Shown: positions 1-10,042, numbered from the stretch's first letter. The stretch is 64,000 nt of DNA from Candidatus Latescibacterota bacterium (GCA_965215195.1 CBDCDC010000002.1:4608001-4672000), one strand, 5' to 3'. The notes: a model not told the origin generated them from the letters alone. Numbers and translations are program-made.

Positions 1-93
1 GGCTGGGGCCGATGTGTACAGGAGCCATCTTCGTCGTCTGGAGCTTTCCCGTTTTCCGCTACCTCACCTAATCTGGCACAAAAGGAGAAACCC

Positions 94-327
94 ATGCCGC
101 CTATCGCAAAAGATCGCATCGAACGCGCCGCGCGGATGTACGCCAGCAACCACGACGCCGGCTCGGCCTTGGGCATTGCCCCGGGCAGCTTTAGCCGCCT
201 CTGTCGCCGCTACGGCATCGAGACGCCGCAAGCGCGCAAGCGCCGCCAGCGCAGCGAGTGGAAGCAGGATTACCGCAGCCTGCACAACCGATTCACCGAG
301 CCCAACGGGCACGACAAGGAGCAGTAA
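94..327 (+). CDS. Small basic HTH (Fis-like) DNA-binding protein
   Basis: AAGGAG RBS before ATG 94; 77 aa with HTH-like [26 protein letters not shown]; stop 1 nt before ssb start. Confidence 0.65.
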   Translation: MPPIAKDRIERAARMYASNHDAGSALGIAPGSFSRLCRRYGIETPQARKRRQRSEWKQDYRSLHNRFTEPNGHDKEQ

Positions 328-328
328 T

Positions 329-745
329 ATGTCGAGTCTCAACAAGGTCTTACTCATCGGCAACTTAGGGTCCGATCCCGAGACGCGCTTTACCCCCAGC
401 GGCGCTCAGGTCGCCAACTTCAGCTTGGCCACCAGTGAGTCGTGGAACGACAAGAACGGGCAGCGCCAAGAGCGCACCGAATGGCACCGCATCGTCTTGT
501 GGCAGCGCCTCGCCGAAATCGCGGGTCAGTACCTAAAAAAGGGCAGCAAGATCTACATTGAGGGCAAGCTGCAAACGCGCTCTTGGGAAGATCAGAAGGG
601 CCAGAAGCGCCAGACCACCGAAATCGTCGCCAGCACCATGAAAATGCTCGGCGCAGAGCGAGCCGCCGAGGCTGTTGTGGGCAACGGCCATGCACTCGCC
701 GGTGCCCCTGCGGCCGGCCCCAACCACGACGATCTGCCCTTCTAA
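329..745 (+). CDS. ssb: Single-stranded DNA-binding protein
   Basis: [18 protein letters not shown]...TEWHRIV...[12 protein letters not shown]-fold motifs and acidic DDLPF tail; real start ATG 329 inside ORF 14..745. Confidence 0.96.
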   Translation: MSSLNKVLLIGNLGSDPETRFTPSGAQVANFSLATSESWNDKNGQRQERTEWHRIVLWQRLAEIAGQYLKKGSKIYIEGKLQTRSWEDQKGQKRQTTEIVASTMKMLGAERAAEAVVGNGHALAGAPAAGPNHDDLPF

Positions 746-796
746 CCCGGTTCCGCTATTCCGCCGAGTTGACGCTCGGACGAGATGTATTAGCTT

Positions 797-832
797 GGTC
801 GCGGTCCGCAAAGGATGCGCGGCCATTTTTTT
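797..832 (+). terminator. Probable intrinsic terminator after ssb
   Basis: Hairpin GGTCGCG..TCC-GCAAA-GGA..CGCGGCC followed by a T7 run. Confidence 0.6.
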
Positions 833-852
833 ATTTTATCGAAGGAGCGACC

Positions 853-1689
853 ATGGCGTTTGAACTCAACGCGTTGAGCAAAATAAAGAGCATAACGAGC
901 GCGTACACCGGCCCGCGCTTTCGCGACGGGCGGCCTAAAGTCGATGGCGACATCGTCGAGCGGATGCAGCGGGTGACCATTGAGGAAGCCTGGGGTGTGC
1001 TGATGGGCAAGGGGCATTCGTTTCAGTTTGAAGGCGACTGGATCAACCTGCATCCAAGCCGCGTACTCGTCGGCCGCGCGGTGACGGCCCGCTATATTCC
1101 GCACCGGCCCGACTTCGACGGCGTCGTGCAGGCCGAAGGCGAGCGGCACGGTCGGATCGGCGGCCAGAATAGCTGGGTCATCGACACCTTGGTCGCCAAC
1201 GACGTATTGGTCGTCGATCTGTTCGGCAAGGTGCTGCGCGGGACCTTTATCGGCGACAATCTCGGCACGGCGATCGCGGCCAACACCGGCGGTACGGGCC
1301 TAGTCGTCGATGGCGGCATCCGCGACGATCACCGCGTGCGCAAGCTGCCCATCAACGTGCTCTGCAAAGGGCTGCATCCCTCGGCCATCGGCGAGGTGAC
1401 CATGGCCGAGATCAACGGCCCGGTGCGCGTAGGCGCGGCGACCTGTATGCCGGGCGACATCGTGCTGGCGACCCCCACGGGCGTGATTTTCGTGCCGCCG
1501 CAATACGCTCGCGAGGTCGTGGAGTCATCCGAAAACACCCGCCTGCGCGACTATTGGGGCAAGAAGAGCATTGCCGATGGCCGCTACACGCCCGGGGAGG
1601 TGGATCGCAAGTGGTCGTCTAAGATGGAAGAGGAATTCGCCGAGTGGCAAAAAACGGCAGACCTAGCGGCGATTTTTGCCGAGTTGTAG
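853..1689 (+). CDS. RraA-like / HMG aldolase family protein
   Basis: AAGGAG RBS, ATG 853; LVGRAVTA, GLVVDGGIRD, PGDIVLATPTGVIFVP motifs. Confidence 0.85.
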   Translation: MAFELNALSKIKSITSAYTGPRFRDGRPKVDGDIVERMQRVTIEEAWGVLMGKGHSFQFEGDWINLHPSRVLVGRAVTARYIPHRPDFDGVVQAEGERHGRIGGQNSWVIDTLVANDVLVVDLFGKVLRGTFIGDNLGTAIAANTGGTGLVVDGGIRDDHRVRKLPINVLCKGLHPSAIGEVTMAEINGPVRVGAATCMPGDIVLATPTGVIFVPPQYAREVVESSENTRLRDYWGKKSIADGRYTPGEVDRKWSSKMEEEFAEWQKTADLAAIFAEL

Positions 1690-1692
1690 AAA

Positions 1693-1726
1693 GCGGGCCG
1701 AGGAAAATACAGAGGCCCCGGCCCGC
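1693..1726. terminator. Hairpin between convergent genes
   Basis: GCGGGCCG...CGGCCCGC inverted repeat between stops at 1689 and 1729. Confidence 0.4.
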
Positions 1727-1728
1727 TG

Positions 1729-2811
1729 CTAGCGCACCAGCCAAGCACTGAAGCGCTCATTCATCTCGTCCATGTTGTCGCTCCACCAGCGCCAGTCGTT
1801 GTGCAGTGCACCCGCTGCGTTGGCTGGATACGTGGGCATGTGCGGGGCCATCTTCTCGCCGGTCCCAGCGTGGACCGAGATGAGCTCCATGCCCGAGCGA
1901 CGCGCTGGTGCATAGGAGATGTAGCGACCCACGCCGGCCATGGACGACGGCCGCGCCGCAAAGGCGAGGAACTTGCGCGCGGCCTCCAAATTCGGCGCAC
2001 CAGCCGCGATGACGAGCTGGCCCGTGTCCAGCAACTGGCCGTCCCAGACGATAGTAAACGGCTGCTTCTCCAAGACCTGCGCGTTGAATATGCGCCCGTT
2101 GTACGCGGTGGTCATTACTACTTCGCCATCCGCGAGCATCTGCGGCGGCTGTGCACCCGCCTCCCACCAAACCACCTGATCCTTGATGGTGTCGAGCTTG
2201 CGGAATGCGCGACTGACCCCTTCGGGCGTGTCGAGGGTGGCGTACACCTCGTCCCGGGGCACCCCGTCGGCCATTAGGGCGAACTCCAAGTTTGCGATCG
2301 GCATGCGCCGCATTCCGCGCCGGCCCGGGAAGGCCTCAAGGTCGAAAAAGTCGGCGATGGTCTCTGGTTTGCGCTCCTCAAAATGGTCCGTGCGATACGC
2401 ATAGACGGTCGAGTAGAACAACGTGCCGATGCCGCATTCGCCCATCGTCTCCGGGTAAAAATCGTCCTCCGGGGATTCGCCATTCACCCCCGGCGGCAGC
2501 TCAAAGTCCACGACCTCGAGCAGGCCCTCGTCGCAGCCGGTCATGGCATCGGCGACCTCCATGTCCACCACGTCCCAATGCACGGCCCCCGCATCCACTT
2601 GAGCGCGCAATTGGGCGAGGCCGCCGTTGTAGTCCTCCAAGCGAACTTCAATGCCCGTCTCGGCTGTAAACGCCTCGTGATAGCCTTTTACGCAGGCACG
2701 CGCGTACGAACCGCCCCAAGACACTACGGTCAGGGATTCCGCGACGGCCGCCGCACACCACGTCAGCGCGGCCAACGCACCCGCCCAAACCAGCCCCCAA
2801 GTTAAATTCAT
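1729..2811 (-). CDS. ABC transporter substrate-binding protein (PotD/PotF polyamine-type family)
   Basis: Signal peptide; LTVVSWGGSY, WDVVDME, FPGRRGMR, LEFALMADGVP, AYNGRIFNA. Confidence 0.88.
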   Translation of the reverse strand: MNLTWGLVWAGALAALTWCAAAVAESLTVVSWGGSYARACVKGYHEAFTAETGIEVRLEDYNGGLAQLRAQVDAGAVHWDVVDMEVADAMTGCDEGLLEVVDFELPPGVNGESPEDDFYPETMGECGIGTLFYSTVYAYRTDHFEERKPETIADFFDLEAFPGRRGMRRMPIANLEFALMADGVPRDEVYATLDTPEGVSRAFRKLDTIKDQVVWWEAGAQPPQMLADGEVVMTTAYNGRIFNAQVLEKQPFTIVWDGQLLDTGQLVIAAGAPNLEAARKFLAFAARPSSMAGVGRYISYAPARRSGMELISVHAGTGEKMAPHMPTYPANAAGALHNDWRWWSDNMDEMNERFSAWLVR

Positions 2812-2814
2812 CGC

Positions 2815-3450
2815 TTACTTATTGGGCTGCGGCGTGACGCGCAGGTAGGGCTTAACCGCCGTAAAGCCGTGGGGAAATTTCTCAGTGGCTTCCTCGTCCG
2901 AGAGAGCCGGGACCACGATGCAGTCGTCGCCGTCTTGCCAATTGGCCGGGGTGGCGACCGAGTAATTGGCCGTCAGTTGCAGCGAGTCAATCACGCGCAA
3001 AATTTCGTCGAAATTGCGGCCGGTCGAGGCCGGGTAGGTCAGGGTCAGCTTGACCTTTTTGTCCGGGCCGATGACGAACACCGAGCGCACGGTCATATTG
3101 TCGAGCGCGTTGGGGTGAATCATGTCGTAGAGCTGGGAGACCTTGCGCTCGGGATCGGCGATCATCGGGAAGTCGACGTTGGCGTTTTGGGTCTCGTTGA
3201 TGTCGTCGATCCAGCCTTCGTGGTCGTCAACCGAGTTGACGCTCAAGGCGATGATCTTGACGCCGCGCTTTTTGAACTCCTCTTCGATATTGGCCACTAC
3301 ACCTAACTCCGTGGTGCAGACCGGGGTGAAGTCGGCGGGGTGGGAAAAGAGCACTCCCCAAGAATCGCCGAGCCATTCGTGAAAGTTGATGGGTCCCGCG
3401 GTGGTTGCCGCACTGAAATCCGGGGCTTCGTCGCCGAGTCGGATGGCCAT
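2815..3450 (-). CDS. 1-Cys peroxiredoxin (Prx6 family)
   Basis: FSHPADFTPVCTTE active site, YPASTGRNFDEILR, VATPANW. Confidence 0.95.
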   Translation of the reverse strand: MAIRLGDEAPDFSAATTAGPINFHEWLGDSWGVLFSHPADFTPVCTTELGVVANIEEEFKKRGVKIIALSVNSVDDHEGWIDDINETQNANVDFPMIADPERKVSQLYDMIHPNALDNMTVRSVFVIGPDKKVKLTLTYPASTGRNFDEILRVIDSLQLTANYSVATPANWQDGDDCIVVPALSDEEATEKFPHGFTAVKPYLRVTPQPNK

Positions 3451-3520
3451 GGTGTTCCTCCGTGCATAAGGTGGTTAAGGAATGGGGTATGCCGATAAGG
3501 TACGTATAGTATAGCCGTCG

Positions 3521-4348
3521 TCAATCGCCCGCCAACAGGCCCTTGAGATAGCGGGCGCTCTCGCGGACCGCGGCTTCCGTGCCCAGTTCGGCCGAGGCCT
3601 GATGGACCGTTACATAGCCTTCGTAGCCGACCGAGCGCAGCGCGTCAATCAGCGGCGGGAAGCTAATGCCCCCTTCTTCCCACAAGGGGATCTGGCGGAA
3701 CTGCACCGCGCCGCGGCACCACGTATCGAGCGCGTCTGGGCCATCGGCGGTCAAGACCTGATTTTGCAGATACACATTGAAGAGGTGCGGCGCGAGGCGG
3801 CGGATGGCATCGAGCCCATAAGGCTGGCCGCATAGCTCTAGGTTGGCTGGTTCGTAGATCAGGCCGAAGTTGGGGCGGCCAATGCGCGCCAAAACGTGCA
3901 GCGAGCGGTCGATTTCCTCGAAGAGGCTGCGGGTGTGGCACTGGTGTGCTAGGCGCATAGCGCGCTCGGCAGCTTCGTCGGCCGCACGACGGGCCCAAGC
4001 AATATCTTCGTCCTTTTTCAGGCAGACGCGCAGCAGCCGAGCACTGAGCTGTTCGGCCAGATCGAGATAGGGCGTTATATTGCGGAGGGCGTCCGGCCCT
4101 TGGTCGGAGTTTTCCGGAATGGGGAAGTCGCCGGTGAGCATGGAGACGGCCAGCGAGTAGCGGCCGAGGAGGGCGCGGGCCGCGGCAACCGCCTCTGGCG
4201 GGCTGTGGACGCCCACTTGCGAGGCGCGCATACACAGCCCGCTGTACCCGTGGCGGATGGCGAGGGCGGCCAATTGTTCGAGCGTCATATTGGCTTCGCG
4301 CTTGGCGTGGAATTTTTCGGCCACGCGGACCGAGAGCGAGAGTTTCAT
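3521..4348 (-). CDS. Sugar phosphate isomerase/epimerase (AP endonuclease 2 TIM barrel)
   Basis: Start MKLSLSVR at 4348; NFGLIYEPANL and ALRSVGYEGYVTV patterns. Confidence 0.75.
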   Translation of the reverse strand: MKLSLSVRVAEKFHAKREANMTLEQLAALAIRHGYSGLCMRASQVGVHSPPEAVAAARALLGRYSLAVSMLTGDFPIPENSDQGPDALRNITPYLDLAEQLSARLLRVCLKKDEDIAWARRAADEAAERAMRLAHQCHTRSLFEEIDRSLHVLARIGRPNFGLIYEPANLELCGQPYGLDAIRRLAPHLFNVYLQNQVLTADGPDALDTWCRGAVQFRQIPLWEEGGISFPPLIDALRSVGYEGYVTVHQASAELGTEAAVRESARYLKGLLAGD

Positions 4349-4416
4349 GGGATCCTCGCGGTTGAGGGTTGTTGGCGGCCTGTAGGTAATTTGCACAAAG
4401 AAAGGATAGTGAACCA

Positions 4417-5277
4417 ATGAGAACGATCCGCACGACATGGATTGCTGTCGTCGCCGGCTTGGTGGCCGTTCCAGCCCAAGCTTGGTGGGGGGATGGACAC
4501 GGAATTTTGACCGAGGGGGCGGTGCTGGCCCTGCCGGAGGAAATGCCAGCTTTCTTTCGCCAAGGGGACAACATGGCCAGCCACGTGGTCTTCGATCCAG
4601 ATCTGTTTAAGAATCGCCGCGCCCCGGAGCTGAGCCACGCCGAGCACGGAGAGCACTATTTCGATCTAGAGTACCTCGGGGGGCGAGCGGTTCCAACGAA
4701 GCGCTTTGATTTTATCGCCTTGTGCTTTGAGCTACAACTGGATCCGCCGCGGGTCGGGATGGCCCCCTACGCCATCGCCGAGTGGACCGAGCGGCTAGTC
4801 GTGGCCTTTGCCGAGCATCGCCAGTGGCCGGGAAACGAGGCGATTCAGCAGAAGTGCCTCGTCTATGCGGGCCTGCTCGCCCACTATGCCCAAGACATTT
4901 GCCAGCCCTTGCACACCACCGTGCATTTCGACGGCAAACCACAGCAAGACGGCACGGTTATAGGTAAGGGTATTCACGAAAAGGTGGATTCATCGGTGGA
5001 GCGGCTCGGTTTTGCGCCCGAGGATTTGGCAGCTAAGCAGGACATTGTAGCCTTTGATTCGCTGATGCGGGCCATCGTCGCCCAGATCAGAGAAAGCAAC
5101 GGGCGCGTGGAAGAGGTGTACGCGCTGCTGGGCCACTGGGAGGACGAAGAAGATGCCCAGATGCGCGCCTTGGCCCTAGAGTTGGCCCGCACCGCCGTGC
5201 ATTTTACGGCCTCGCTCTACCTGACGGCTTGGCATCAGTCTGCCGAAATTCGCTTGCCGGGGTGGTTAGAGCGCTGA
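4417..5277 (+). CDS. Secreted Zn-dependent S1/P1 nuclease / phospholipase C-like protein
   Basis: Signal peptide ending AQA, mature N-terminal WWGDGH; HYFDLE, HYAQDICQPLHTT, IHEKVD Zn ligands. Confidence 0.8.
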   Translation: MRTIRTTWIAVVAGLVAVPAQAWWGDGHGILTEGAVLALPEEMPAFFRQGDNMASHVVFDPDLFKNRRAPELSHAEHGEHYFDLEYLGGRAVPTKRFDFIALCFELQLDPPRVGMAPYAIAEWTERLVVAFAEHRQWPGNEAIQQKCLVYAGLLAHYAQDICQPLHTTVHFDGKPQQDGTVIGKGIHEKVDSSVERLGFAPEDLAAKQDIVAFDSLMRAIVAQIRESNGRVEEVYALLGHWEDEEDAQMRALALELARTAVHFTASLYLTAWHQSAEIRLPGWLER

Positions 5278-5325
5278 GGGGGCAGCAGGGTCTCCGGTTT
5301 ACTGCACTTGCCGGGGTGGTTTGCG

Positions 5326-6126
5326 TCAGTTGTTTATGCCCGAAGTTCGCACGGACGCACGAACTCGGCCGCCGTGTTCCGCGAGCCAAGAGCGGAAGAA
5401 TTGCAACACGGCTTCGCCGTCTCCCTGCTGCCGTTGCTTCCGCTGAATGAGCCATAGCTCAATTTCGACGCCCCGCAGGTCCGGGTTTAGCCCTCGGGCT
5501 TGGGGGCTGCCGTGGAAGCGCTTGAAATCCGGCTGATTCTTGTAGAACGAAATCGCGTCGCTATTCTGCAAGAGATCCGAAACGATGATGAGACGCCGCG
5601 GCACATGGCGCCGCTTAGTGCTCTGGAAATGCGTTATGGCAACCGACTGCACGGACTCCATGATCGGCGACGATTTCGCCTCTTTATTAGTGAGCAGCTT
5701 TCCGAGCTCTTCTTCTAAAGGCGTGCGAAATTTCTGCTGCCAGTTGCGCCGCAGGATCGCTTCGGATTGCGTGAGGTGATCGACGTTTTTCGGGTCGCCG
5801 GGACTACAGACCGCGATAATCGGGTCGAGGGCCCCGCCGTGTGCAGGGTCTACCGCAAAAAGACTGATTTCGTGATTTTCCTCGATCTCGTCGAGCAGGT
5901 TCCAGATCCGATTCTCCAGATCGGACTTGGTAGTGGGCATGAACGAATCCGTGCGATCGAGCAGGATCGCCGTAATCGCCGAGGGGCCCTCCGACCTGCA
6001 TAGGGTCTTTGGATCGCGCTCGACCGCTGGCGGCTTGAGCCACACAAAAACGAGCAAGATGACGACGACCCCGGCGATCATCGCACCGCCGGCTATCGTT
6101 TTATTCGATAGCTTACCTCTACTCAT
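5326..6126 (-). CDS. Membrane-anchored VWA-like domain protein
   Basis: N-terminal TM helix; MIDAS-like ILLDRTDS, SSPIMES, LIIVSDLLQN. Confidence 0.7.
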   Translation of the reverse strand: MSRGKLSNKTIAGGAMIAGVVVILLVFVWLKPPAVERDPKTLCRSEGPSAITAILLDRTDSFMPTTKSDLENRIWNLLDEIEENHEISLFAVDPAHGGALDPIIAVCSPGDPKNVDHLTQSEAILRRNWQQKFRTPLEEELGKLLTNKEAKSSPIMESVQSVAITHFQSTKRRHVPRRLIIVSDLLQNSDAISFYKNQPDFKRFHGSPQARGLNPDLRGVEIELWLIQRKQRQQGDGEAVLQFFRSWLAEHGGRVRASVRTSGINN

Positions 6127-7535
6127 TACTTCTCGTCCTGATCGTCCCTCGGGCTATCCGGCTGCCTCCGATGCGGCGCCAAAGGTCTCAATTCTTCGCT
6201 GCCCATGTCGTACTGATTGTGTAGCTCCTTTACGCCGTTATCAATTTTTATTTCAGCCGCGCTAGTAATCTTCAATATCTCCTCGCGCGTCAGCATGGCC
6301 TTCGGCAAGCTGGTGTCTATGGGCGTTCTCCCTATGCGCCAAGGCTTCTTGAATCGCTCTGGTGCTTCTCCGTCTCGCATGGCCCGGTTGGTGTCCCGGT
6401 AGAGCTTGAGCAAGTGGTTGCCCGCGTGCTCAAGGTGCTCTAGATGATCGTCGAACGATTTGATGAGGCGTCGATGGTCGTCGATGATGGAATCGTGTCG
6501 TCGTCCAGCGAGCAAAATGTTTTGCTTGATGTCCTCCAACGCTTGCACCGCCTCATCCGACGTTTTCTTCAATCCCTTTAGGCAGGCCTGATAGAACGCG
6601 TTGTATGCTTCGTCGGCCTCGGCGAATACGCGTGCGCACTTTGCGTAACCCGGATAGCGATCATCCCACAGTATCCCGTCGATAAAGCTAATAATCGCAA
6701 AGAGGAATCCCATGAAGAACAGGATCCACGATTGGAAGTCCCCTAGACCCAATGGATTCTCGCCGAAAGCGGCGATCGCGAGTTTGCCTCCTTCGTCGAG
6801 CACCGTGCCCGTTGTCTCCCGATAGTGCGCTACCATCAGGTTGAAAAACAATGCAAAGCCTAGAAACACCACGGCACCGGCGATGCCCACGGACTTTCTG
6901 CTCCAGTGGATGTGGTTGAAATTGGTGACGAGGATGCCGAGCAAAAAGGCAATGCCGAGGTTGACAAACGAGATGACAACCGCCTCGGTGTACGCGCCGA
7001 ACAGCCCAAACTCGTTGCCCTTGGCCAGAAAGGCGGCATTGCCAAATGTCTCAATGAGAAAGAGCACGGCGACGATGCCGATGTTAAATATCTTATCGTC
7101 CCAGCTGCGGAGCTGCGGCTCGCGGTGGAGGCCATTTTGTTCCTTGAACTGCTGCAAGTCTTCTTTTTTGCGGCGCAGATCCTGCTGCTCTCTACTCAGC
7201 TCCACTATGGCCTTATCGACGTGCTGATCGAGCTCCGCTCGTTGCTTGGCCGTTTCAATCTCAATGGAACTTAGTTGCTCGCGGAAATCTAGCTCGACGA
7301 GACGCTCTCTGTATGCCTTTAGCTCGCTCTCGCACGTATTCTGTGCCCGAGCTTGAGCACTCTCAATCAGCCCGATAACCTTGCGCTCTGTGGGGTCGAG
7401 GTCGTCTTCCGCACTGTCTAGCGCGGGCCGCCCCCGCCTCGCGTTCCTTTGGCTATCTTCTACTACGTGCAGATCTTCCGCGACCCTATTGGTGTCGATC
7501 TTCTCAAACGGGTTGGTGTGAAGATCGTCTGTCAT
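6126..7535 (-). CDS. Hypothetical 4-TM membrane protein with long coiled coils
   Basis: GAGGAG RBS; 469 aa; four hydrophobic segments flanked by charged helical regions; TAATG overlap with the VWA gene. Confidence 0.75.
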   Translation of the reverse strand: MTDDLHTNPFEKIDTNRVAEDLHVVEDSQRNARRGRPALDSAEDDLDPTERKVIGLIESAQARAQNTCESELKAYRERLVELDFREQLSSIEIETAKQRAELDQHVDKAIVELSREQQDLRRKKEDLQQFKEQNGLHREPQLRSWDDKIFNIGIVAVLFLIETFGNAAFLAKGNEFGLFGAYTEAVVISFVNLGIAFLLGILVTNFNHIHWSRKSVGIAGAVVFLGFALFFNLMVAHYRETTGTVLDEGGKLAIAAFGENPLGLGDFQSWILFFMGFLFAIISFIDGILWDDRYPGYAKCARVFAEADEAYNAFYQACLKGLKKTSDEAVQALEDIKQNILLAGRRHDSIIDDHRRLIKSFDDHLEHLEHAGNHLLKLYRDTNRAMRDGEAPERFKKPWRIGRTPIDTSLPKAMLTREEILKITSAAEIKIDNGVKELHNQYDMGSEELRPLAPHRRQPDSPRDDQDEK

Positions 7536-7651
7536 GGCACACTCCTCCTCATGTACAGCGTCTTTTGGGCTGAAAAGCAGGGGATTGAGGGGATTGTATT
7601 AAAGATATGCATAACTGCGATTTTCGCATCCTTATTCTTTTTTCTCATCCC

Positions 7652-8785
7652 TCACAGCACCGCCCTAAACCCCTCTCGATCTTCCATGCCCTGCGCGAAG
7701 ATGCGCGGGTCCATGTCGAGGCCCGCGCCGGGTGTGTCGGGCACGTGCAGGATGGAGTCGGCGAACCGCCAGCCATCGGTGAGCAGCCCGGGCATGGTAG
7801 CCGGCGCGGCTTCGAGCAGGCAGAAGTTGGGGATGGAAGCGGCGAAATGGGCGTGGTGAAAGCGCTCGACATAAGAACCCCAGCAGTGGGGGGCGCAGAG
7901 CGCGTTCCACTGCTCTAGACGCGCCGCAGTGGAACGCCACCACGTTAGCCCCATGGCGCGAAAATCGTGCTGCACCACGTCGATAAATCCCCGTTCTACC
8001 AAGTCGAAAAAGTACGGCGGCGGCGAAAATTCCCCGTCGGCAACGAGCGTGTCCCAGCCGTTTTCGACGATGTGCTCCTTGAGTGCTTGGTTGAGCGGGG
8101 CGTCTTCGGCAAAAGGCTCCTCAAACCAATAGATGCCCACGTCCGCGCAGGCGTCCAACAGGGCCATGGCCGTGTTGAGCGTATTGCCCATGTTGGCGTC
8201 GATGAGCACCTTGGCTTGCGGGCCGGCGGCTTCGCGCACCGTGCGAATGACCAGCTCGTCGCGCTTGAGGCCCGCGGCCGGGGGCATCCAGCGCGCACCG
8301 CGGCCGACCTTGATCTTAAAGTGCAAATAGCCGTGCTCGTGGCCGGTGGCAACTTCGCCGCGGAAGATGTCTTTGACCTGTTCCTCATCGGTGGCTTCCA
8401 AATCGTCGATATAGACCGAGCCGTCGTACACTTCGACCGCGCGTTTGCCGCGCGCGCCGAGCAAGCGGTACAGGGGCAAATCCATCATCCGCGCCACCAA
8501 ATCCCACAGCGGCAGGTCGAGGTTGCGGCCCGCGGGCCGGCAGCCGTCGGGGAGTTGGAAGAGCTCGCCGATCTCCTTGCCGAGGAGGGCGTGCGCTTCG
8601 GCCTCGCCAATGCGGGACCAACCCAAACCCCACGCCCCGCCATCCGTGCGGACTCGGACGACCGGGTCCGCGATCTGCGCTCCGTGCGCGGGAATGCGGG
8701 CGTTGAAGCCGATGTAGCGCGGCCGGGTGCCGCGTAAAACGCATTTTTCAATACAAGTAATTTTCCCTTTGGGGACTTCGTGCAT
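7652..8785 (-). CDS. Mandelate racemase/muconate lactonizing enzyme family protein
   Basis: AGGAG RBS, start MHEVPKG; FKIKVG, LIDAN, WFEEPF, ADGE, PDTPGAG. Confidence 0.9.
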   Translation of the reverse strand: MHEVPKGKITCIEKCVLRGTRPRYIGFNARIPAHGAQIADPVVRVRTDGGAWGLGWSRIGEAEAHALLGKEIGELFQLPDGCRPAGRNLDLPLWDLVARMMDLPLYRLLGARGKRAVEVYDGSVYIDDLEATDEEQVKDIFRGEVATGHEHGYLHFKIKVGRGARWMPPAAGLKRDELVIRTVREAAGPQAKVLIDANMGNTLNTAMALLDACADVGIYWFEEPFAEDAPLNQALKEHIVENGWDTLVADGEFSPPPYFFDLVERGFIDVVQHDFRAMGLTWWRSTAARLEQWNALCAPHCWGSYVERFHHAHFAASIPNFCLLEAAPATMPGLLTDGWRFADSILHVPDTPGAGLDMDPRIFAQGMEDREGFRAVL

Positions 8786-8799
8786 AGCCAAGCTCCTCG

Positions 8800-9900
8800 T
8801 CAGGGCGGGGGCAAGATGCCCTCGCCGTTCCACAGTCGGGTCTGCGGCCAGTAGGCCGACCATCCAAACCACATCGAATTATAGGCTGGGATTTGCTCTA
8901 GCTGCGCTCCCTTGAGCGGCCCGGCAAGGGCCTCGCCGAGCATGTTCCACTCGCTGCCGGTCTCCACGTCGGCAAAGGCCAACGGCAGGTCGCCGCTGCG
9001 GCTGAGTATGCGAAAGGTCAAAAGCTGGCCGCGGACAACTCGGCTGTAGGGAATGGCGGTGGCAGTCTCTGCGTCGTAGAGCACGAGCACGGCGCGGTCG
9101 CCAACGCGATCGTTGATGACGGCCTTATCGGGCATTTTGCTGAAAGGATAGGCCCTGCTCTTGCCAGCAGCTCGCAACCCCAAGACCATTTCCTTGGCCG
9201 GCAAGCGGTCGCTGGGCCGAGCGGTGGTCAGCGGAAAAATAATCATCCGGTGGTCGCTGCGATAGTTCCCATAAGGGTAGTGGCCGTACCCATCGAGCGG
9301 ATACAGGGCGCGGATATAGTCCGGGTAGCGGTTGAGGCCGGTCGCCGCTTGGACGACCGTGGTGTGCGGATGCAGCGCGCGCCACAGCCCCCAAGTCGTC
9401 TCGACCACGGGCAAGAGCTGGAGGCGCTGCCCTTTGCGTGCGCCGCTGATGCCGGCGTAGATCATCTGCGGATACAGGGTTTTCTCGTCGCTCCGGTCGT
9501 AGAGCACCAAGTTGCTGTTGAGCACCATGCCGGAGACCCCGAATTCGATTTGTCCCGAGTCTGGGGCGGTCGCGTCAAAAACTAGCCCGGTGCTGGTCAG
9601 CGGGCAGAACGTGACACTGATGTACTGGCTGCCGAGCTGGTCGTTGATGACTTCGTGCTTCCAGCCGAGGCGGTGCGGATAGGCCCGCGCTGCGCCGTTT
9701 GCGACCACGCCGAGGACCAGGTCCGCATCCGCGAGATAGTGCGCGTCTTCCGGCGCAACGGGCTGGGGGTTGGTCATGGCCGGGATGCCATCGCGGGGCA
9801 CTCCGCCCGAGCGCAGGTGGTGGGTCAGCTCGTCGAGGCGGTCGTAGATGTCGGCGCGGAGGGGAACGGCGATGAAGAGGGCGAGCAGGATGCGGGCCAT
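8800..9900 (-). CDS. DUF3179 domain secreted protein
   Basis: Signal peptide; SGGVPRDGIPA, HEVIND, VTFCPLTSTG, FGVSG..NSNLVLYDR, duplicated C-terminal lobe. Confidence 0.85.
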   Translation of the reverse strand: MARILLALFIAVPLRADIYDRLDELTHHLRSGGVPRDGIPAMTNPQPVAPEDAHYLADADLVLGVVANGAARAYPHRLGWKHEVINDQLGSQYISVTFCPLTSTGLVFDATAPDSGQIEFGVSGMVLNSNLVLYDRSDEKTLYPQMIYAGISGARKGQRLQLLPVVETTWGLWRALHPHTTVVQAATGLNRYPDYIRALYPLDGYGHYPYGNYRSDHRMIIFPLTTARPSDRLPAKEMVLGLRAAGKSRAYPFSKMPDKAVINDRVGDRAVLVLYDAETATAIPYSRVVRGQLLTFRILSRSGDLPLAFADVETGSEWNMLGEALAGPLKGAQLEQIPAYNSMWFGWSAYWPQTRLWNGEGILPPP

Positions 9901-10042
9901 GGCGTCGGACACTAGGAAAGCAGCGGGAGGCTCAATTATACAAGCAAGTGAGTTACTCGATGTCAAACGACCGCCGCCAGCTTGCGGACTGCTGCGGACC
10001 GCAAGAAGTTAAGCGACCCCCTAGCAGAAAGGAGCCTGCGCC

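Noticed and set aside
14-852. Long N-terminal extensions of ssb (from 14) and the RraA gene (from 583)
   Set aside because: Family homology and RBS positions support ATG 329 and ATG 853; the extensions overlap other genes.
8800-9900. DUF3179 gene as a second selenoprotein
   Set aside because: The motif is encoded with Cys (VTFCPLT) and there is no in-frame TGA.
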